This document shows positions 57,442 through 64,000 of a DNA stretch of 64,000 nucleotides, one piece after another. This stretch comes from the human T2T-CHM13v2.0 reference genome, Homo sapiens. Each line of letters begins with the position of its first letter. Positions within the stretch are counted from its first letter, which is position 1. The position numbers and the translations under genes are program-made. Below the pieces are notes generated by a model. That model did no database searches, was not told the DNA's origin, and saw nothing but the letters and a program-made list of their open reading frames with translations. Where the stretch lies: assembly GCF_009914755.1 (NCBI RefSeq), contig NC_060927.1, one strand, 5' to 3'.

Positions 57442-57857
57442 AAGAAATGCTCTTGCAGAAGTTTTAGATCATACTCTAATCCCTAGTTTATATAATCATA
57501 TTTTCAGCTGGGCTTGATACTTTGGAAGGAAGGTTTAATAAGCAATAAAATACTGTGTTAAAGATCACAAAGGCATTTGTGTTCACCAGACATCTACATT
57601 TCCCAGAATATAAGATAGTGTCTGGCTTGGTCTCTAATCTTCTCTTCAAACTGTAATTTCTATATATTATCATATCTATTCTTTTCCATTTCTTCTCTCC
57701 TCCACTTTGAGGGAAGGGGTAATGAGAATAAAGTGGCCAAAGGTAACCTAAGGAGAAAAAGTAGAGGCAATCATGGCCAAAGCTTTATGATATATATAGT
57801 GTTTGTATAAGACATGATTTTACTTGAGATAAAAATTCTTAATTATATTCAGTGATC

Positions 57858-58130
57858 TGTTATCAGTAGCATGTGTGCTGCATAGTAAGCTTCAAGCGCA
57901 ACCTTCAATACTGCTTTGTGTGATGCTGGGGCTGGACATCTATAAACCATATTTCTGCTTTACCCAGCTGTCTCCCTGTTGTACATTGAGAATAGGTGCT
58001 GCTAGAGGGAGTTTGGAGGACTGGGGGAGGACAAAAGCTACTCTGTTCCCTGTCTGCTTCCTATTCTTGTCCCAGCGGCCATTGCAAGAAACTTTTTTCC
58101 CACCAGTGACACTTCTCCTGTGAGCACAGT
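57858..58130. mobile_element. Old ERVL-type LTR relic (LTR33-like)
   Basis: caaccttcaatactgctttgtgtgatgctggggctggac...catatttctgctttacccagctg. Confidence 0.45.
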
Positions 58131-58936
58131 TAACTCTAATTCATAGTTTTCCAGCATTCATATTGTTTTGATTTAAATCATTGAATCAGGCATTATTTTT
58201 TTAAATTATTTACTAAGTGCCTTGGTTGTTATCACAAACAATACCAGCATATTTTTACTTGTTTTTTCTCTCTCTAATTTGAGCTCTGTCAGAAATCTCG
58301 AGTGCAATCATACCATCTCTCAGCTATTCCCCAAGTATTCTAAATGGGTTGAGTACTCTTTTGTCTTTACTAAAGAGTATCCAATGATTAAAATAAAATT
58401 TGTCTCAACACCACAAGCCATGAGACCAGGAGATATGTCAAATCCTGTTTAAACATGTCCATATAGATATCATTGGATGACGTAATTGATTTGGACTTGC
58501 AATTTAAAAAAAATTCCTTTGAAAGCTTCTATGGGATTAGAATAATTTTTTTCATTTTTCTCCACAGATGCAGCATAAAATATACCAGAAACCTAAACCA
58601 CCGAATCTTTCACATCTGTTTTTCCTACTTTAAACATCAAAGACTTCAATTTTTTTTTTCTTTTTCGTTTCTGTTCTCTGTATAATACTGTAAAGAGCAG
58701 TGTGTAAATGTCATTGACTAAGGTTGATAAAGTAAGCACTGATAATAAACTTTTCTGTATTCTCAGAATTCATATTTTAATTTTTCATACAACTAATGAA
58801 ACAACAACTAATGGAACAACATTTTATAAGAAATAAATATCTACAAGATAAATTTTTAAATATTTTAAAAAATATTAATTTCGAAGATTTTAAATCTAGC
58901 AGAAAGGTAGAAAAATAATAAGTTTCATATACCCAT

Positions 58937-59534
58937 TGTGATGGTTAATTTTATGTGTGAACTTGGCTGGGCCACAGTGTCTAGATATGTGGTCAAACAT
59001 TATTCTGGATGTTTCTGTAAGCAAGTTTTTGGATGAGATTAATGCTTAAATCCATGAACTTTGAGTAAAGCAGATTGTCCTCCATGATGTGGGTGGGCCT
59101 CATACAATCATTTGAAAACTTGAAATGAACAAAAGACTGAGCTTTCCCCAGCAAATGGCCTTCAGACTTCACCTGAACACTGGCCCTTCTCTGGTCCACC
59201 CCGCGTATTTTGGACTGGCTGGTAAAGTCTCCATAATCATTTTAGGCAATTCTTTAAAACAAAATTATCTTAATATAAATCTCTCTCTCTCTCAGTCTAT
59301 ATATATATATACACACACACACACATAAATATGTGTATATATATGTACATATATATACACACACATAGATATGTGTATATATACACACACGTATGTGTGC
59401 ATATGTGTATATATGTATATATAGGTGTATATATACGTATATATGTATATATAGGTGTATATATACGTATATATGTATATATACACACATACATTCGTTT
59501 GGTTCTGTTTCTCTGGAGAACCCTGAGTAATACA
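58937..59534 (+). mobile_element. MLT2 (ERVL) solo LTR with TA/CA/TG microsatellite (59281-59492), within an old antisense L1M relic (~58860-60115)
   Basis: tgtgatggttaattttatgtgtgaacttggct...ggttctgtttctctggagaaccctgagtaataca. Confidence 0.85.
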
Positions 59535-62500
59535 TTCATCATCACAATTAACAACTGGCAATTACTATATTATTTAATCTATTTTTGTGTTATAATTTGG
59601 AGTAAATATAGACATCATGATATTTAAGCCCTAAATACAACACCACATCACTATTTGTAATCCTTAAAGATAATGTTTTCCTGTATAAGAAAACACCATT
59701 ATTGCACTTAACAAACTTAATTTTTTGTACCATTTAATACTCATTTCATCTTGAAATTCTCTCAAAATTCAAAAGAAGTCTTGAAGCCAATTAGAACAAA
59801 CATTGTGCTGGAGTGTGATGCAACATAATACTTTATAGGTGATGCTATGTACCTCATACTGCATCACAATAAGACATACATCACATCTGCAATATTAGTG
59901 ATGCTAACATTGGATTCTCAGTTGATGGGGTGACAGCTTTATCCCTTCTCTATAAAAGTATATCTTTTTCCCTTGGTGACCAACAAGTAATATTTGTGAT
60001 GATATTTTTACATCTCATGAATATCTGTAGCAATCTTTCACCTAATAGTATTTATCACTTGTTAATGATTATTGCCTCAATCAAATATTTTATTAGAAGT
60101 TGCAAACAAAGTTAGCAAAATATATAATAATAATTTATTATAGAATTACAAAAGGGCCAGTTTTACTCCCCATATCTTCCTAATTTGTTCAACTCTAAAC
60201 ACACTGGCATGAAATTTTAAGATGTCATAGCTAGGGAATTACTCTAGGATAAAACAGAACCTCCTTTAAGATTTAGTTTGTGTAGTATGAAGAAAGTCTA
60301 GTAATAAGAATATTGATGTTCAGAATTCCCAACCCCCATATCACATTTTTTTAAATTACTAAGATACATTATATGAAATTTTCTGATTTAACGAGGAACG
60401 GATAATGGATAAATTATGTTTGGCAGTGCAAACCAAAGATCTAATAGCTTGAATTATTTTTACAAAGACCTCATCAAATGACATTTAATGTATGTAACCA
60501 GCTAACTTAACACTGTTTTTACTTATTGTCATGCATTTTTGCAGAATTTTGTAAAGTTTTAACCTTTTCTTTTCCCATGTGTTTCTCATATTCACTTATA
60601 ATCAGAGGCTCTAAAACTCTGAGTTTTACTTCTTTGGTGTTAGATTTTCTTCACCTTTTTCCTACCACTGCATATCTTCTGCATATGTAAATTTACTTTC
60701 AACGTTACTATGTCTGTGAAGAAGGAACACCCATTGAGCAAGAATGGAAAATATATTAAACATAAGGGATATAGGGAATTTAGAAATTAACATTCTGATA
60801 GAGACAGAAGATGCTGGAGCAATACTGGAAAAAAGCCAGTTCTGTCAAAGTTTTTGGTCTGCACTAGTAGATGGTAGAGGTTTAACTAAGATCCCAATAG
60901 ACGTTTGAACTCAGGATACTTATTCAAACTCAATGTGAACCCTTTGAGGCTGACTCATTGCTAATATTTTTCCATTTCAGGGTAAGATTTCCCACTGACA
61001 CTAACCAACACAACCTCAATGTGGGTAAGTGGAATAGGAAGTTCCAGATCACTGAACTCTTGTAAAATGACTTATTTATTGTTTTTACTTAATTCCTCAG
61101 ACATGCTTTGTGGGTTTTTTATTATTATTATTAGATTTTTTAAGTTCTATTTTCCATCCAGTGGCCCTGATCTTCTTAGAAAAATCCTGAACAACAGGGA
61201 CAGCTGTTAAAAGAATGAGCTCACTAATTATTCTCATATTGGAAAAATAAATAGTGTAAAAAAAGTAAAAAGTAACTTACCTTATTGTTTATTTCTTAAG
61301 GGATAGTGTAGAAAATGTCCACTCTTGACTTAATTACAATAAAATAAACAGGATTCAATTTGTGTGCTTTTGTTGACAAATTTTCTAAGAGTAGAACTGT
61401 TCCAAATTAAAATAAGAACCTGTCTTTATAAGCTTGGTTGTTACGTCTTTATGTATGTATTTATTTATCTTTTTAGTCTGAGAAAAACTTCAGTGATGAA
61501 TAAGTTTTTCTCTTAAATCCAGGTGACATGTAACAGTCTGCTCCTTAAAATACTCCAGCATTTTAGTCTGCATGATATTTTATCAAGGGAAGCAATATAC
61601 AAAACAGCATCTACTGAGTAATAATAGGTTTTAGTAGATTCTAAATAAGTATCTCACACACTAACATTATCATATTGTTCTATTTTAATAATGGAGTTTA
61701 TTCATTTCACCTGTTCTAAAACTGCCTGCTGTGTTGCTTTTTTAAAATGCTGTCATTTTATTTTTCTTTCAATTTTTCCTTCTCCCTTCTTCACCAAGAA
61801 CTTACCTGTCTAAACTAAATAATTGCATGTCACATACAAAAATAAGAATATCTGAAAAATAATGCTGACCAAACTTCAACATTGCATATAAATCTATATT
61901 GCATCTCATTTTATGTTTCCTCTTCTTTTTCAAAGGATTTACTATTCTGTAATTCATAAATTCATCCTCTTTCTGAACAAACTTAAAATTTAATGCCCAT
62001 CAGAATTATTATGTGGTTCAACACAACTTTGCATCTCATATTTGCCTGGCGCCAGTCAAAGTGAAGACAAACCCACAGTCAGTTCCTGTAGGGGCACAAA
62101 ATAACAATTTGTATTTTCCTATAATGACCACAGGCTAACCAGCATCTAACCTGGGAAGGCCTCAAATATAGGCAGCCATTTAGAAATGTTTTCTTATGTT
62201 ATGTCACCTCTATCAGAGAAAAGTGAGGAAGAAAGTGAGATTCAGAGAAACAGTAAGGTTGTGTGTTGGTTAGTGTCACTGGGAAATCTTACCCTAAAAT
62301 GGAAAGAGGCTAGGAAAGAAGGAAAAAAAAAAAAAAGACAATAGATGATAGGAAGATTGAACAATGGGTTTTTTCGTTTTCTTTGTAAAGACCTGTAACA
62401 AAGTTTTGAAATAAAGTACCATTGTAACATGATGTGCAACTACTAAGCTATAAAAAATGAGGAATTTTACAGAGACCAGTAATTAAAATAATGAATGTTC

Positions 62501-63044
62501 AAAAATAAATAAAAATGAAATATTACTTTATTAAATTTATTGTTTTATTATACATATTATTAATTTTATTCTTAAATACTTGACATATTAATTTCAAGCA
62601 CTTATTTTTAACACATTGACTTGAGAAAATGAGCCACAACCTATATAATGCTTAGCTAAAGAATAATTTAGGGAATTTAATTTGCTTTCAAAATATTTTC
62701 CAAAGCAGTTTACTATACTTGTCTGTTTTCCTCCAGTTTTTTACATCCAGCCACCTTCCAGGCTAAAAATAAGTCATTTGTTATCTTGTGCAAAAACTCT
62801 TGCCCTTTATAAGTAGGTATATTTGATTAAATATAAATAGTATCTAATAAATCTGCAAATTGCTGAGCCATGCATAAAGTCCTGTTGGCTTCTGCCCTTG
62901 TGTTTTGATGATTCTAAGGTAAAATAAAAATATTTATGATTGATTACTTGCTATGGCACAAAACTGCAAGAGGAGATGTGATTAGTGGTAAACCAAAGAG
63001 AAGATACCAATTTATAATTCTCAAAGCATGGTAACCATATATAA

Positions 63045-63520
63045 TGTGGTCAATTGTATTTTCAAAAAATGGCCACAGTAATATTTCTCCTTCTACAGCA
63101 ATATTTTTAGATCCTTGCTATTCTCTCATCAAGAGCAAAAGTCTATTTTTCTTCCACTTGAAGCTGGGTAGAACTTTATAAATAAAACGTAAAATAGGTG
63201 ATATTATGTGACTCTAGAAGCTAGGTCATAGGTGGAATATGGCTTCTGCTTGGCTCTTTCTCTACCTCTCAAAACTCTCACCTTTGAAACCTAGCCGCCT
63301 CATGGAACTTGTAGACGTTCAGCTGATATCCTCCACTAACATTATAGATGACTGTCAGCATCAGCTGCTAGACCTATGAGTAAATGACACCCTTCCAGCT
63401 GCCCCTGTTGACACTGAGTGGAGCAGGGACAAGCTGAACTGAGTCCTACCCAAATTGAAAATTTATGAGCTAAATCAAAGCTGTTATTGTTTTTAAGCCA
63501 CTAAGCATTGGTAGTTTGTT
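63045..63520 (+). mobile_element. Old MLT1-type MaLR LTR
   Basis: ttcaaaaaatggccacagta...gaagctaggtcata...ccaaattgaaaatttatgagc...ttttaagccactaag. Confidence 0.7.
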
Positions 63521-63522
63521 GT

Positions 63523-63702
63523 TGTTTGGACAAAATTTTGTTCCCTCACACTCACATGTTGCACCCCTAAGCCCCAGTGTGACTGTATTTGTATACAGGC
63601 CCTTTAAAGAGGTAACTAAGATAAAACAAGGTCATCAGAGTGATGACCTAATCCAATAGTACTGGTGTTCTTACAAGAAGAGAAAAAGTTAGCAGAGCAT
63701 GT

Positions 63703-63763
<61 letters not shown>

Positions 63764-64000
63764 GAGAGAGAGAGAGAGAAACAGAGAGACAGAGAAAGAG
63801 AGAATAAAGGCCAGATAAGGACACAGTGAGAAGGCAGCCCTTTACAACCTTCTATTGTCTTACAGAATACATATATCATCACGAACAGAATGTTTTTAGA
63901 AAAGTGAACATTAAAAATGCTTCAGGATAGACCTCAGATGAAAATGAGGAACATGTTATTAGAAGCTTAAGAAAATGCAATCATTAGTATCAACCTGAAA
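63523..64000 (+). mobile_element. MLT1B-like LTR (truncated, with TC/CA/GA microsatellite) followed by MaLR internal-like sequence
   Basis: ccccagtgtgactgtatttg...cctttaaagaggtaa...aggacacagtgagaaggcagcc; cctcagatgaaaatgaggaacatgttatt resembles MLT1-int. Confidence 0.7.

Noticed and set aside
61270-61860. Minus-strand AGGTAAGT donors near 61273 and 61800 with a possible ~46-nt exon
   Set aside because: The putative exon is T-rich, intron-like and without coding signal; a few perfect donors are expected by chance in 64 kb.

Overview
This is AT-rich, CpG-depleted primate genomic DNA (human or ape-like, judged from Alu, L1PA and HERV-H content). It looks intergenic or deep intronic. I found no credible host protein-coding exon, RNA gene or CRISPR array, and the ORF track is almost entirely TE remnants or chance ORFs. 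Main contents: (i) a rearranged HERV-H at 1-1650, where an inverted U5-PBS(His)-leader-gag segment lies between two forward LTR7 ends and forms an 88-bp palindrome; (ii) an internally deleted HERV-H provirus at 11555-15301 with a 5-bp TSD and asymmetric LTRs; (iii) a 5'-inverted truncated L1PA at 25.4-27.5 kb; (iv) a full-length dead L1PA4-6-like element at 33551-39699; (v) a Tigger3b split by a roughly 2.95-kb insertion that reads as a 5'-inverted L1PA carrying a roughly 2.3-kb 3' transduction; (vi) a small TSD-flanked, A-tailed retrocopy of a MaLR-terminated transcript; (vii) six Alus plus many MaLR, ERVL, L1M, L2 and MIR relics and microsatellites. I do not see a new biological system. The most interesting signals are fossil records of retrotransposition and template-switch events, plus candidate regulatory sites. 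Repeat subfamily names come from my recall of consensus sequences and need RepeatMasker/Dfam confirmation. Boundaries of old repeats are approximate.
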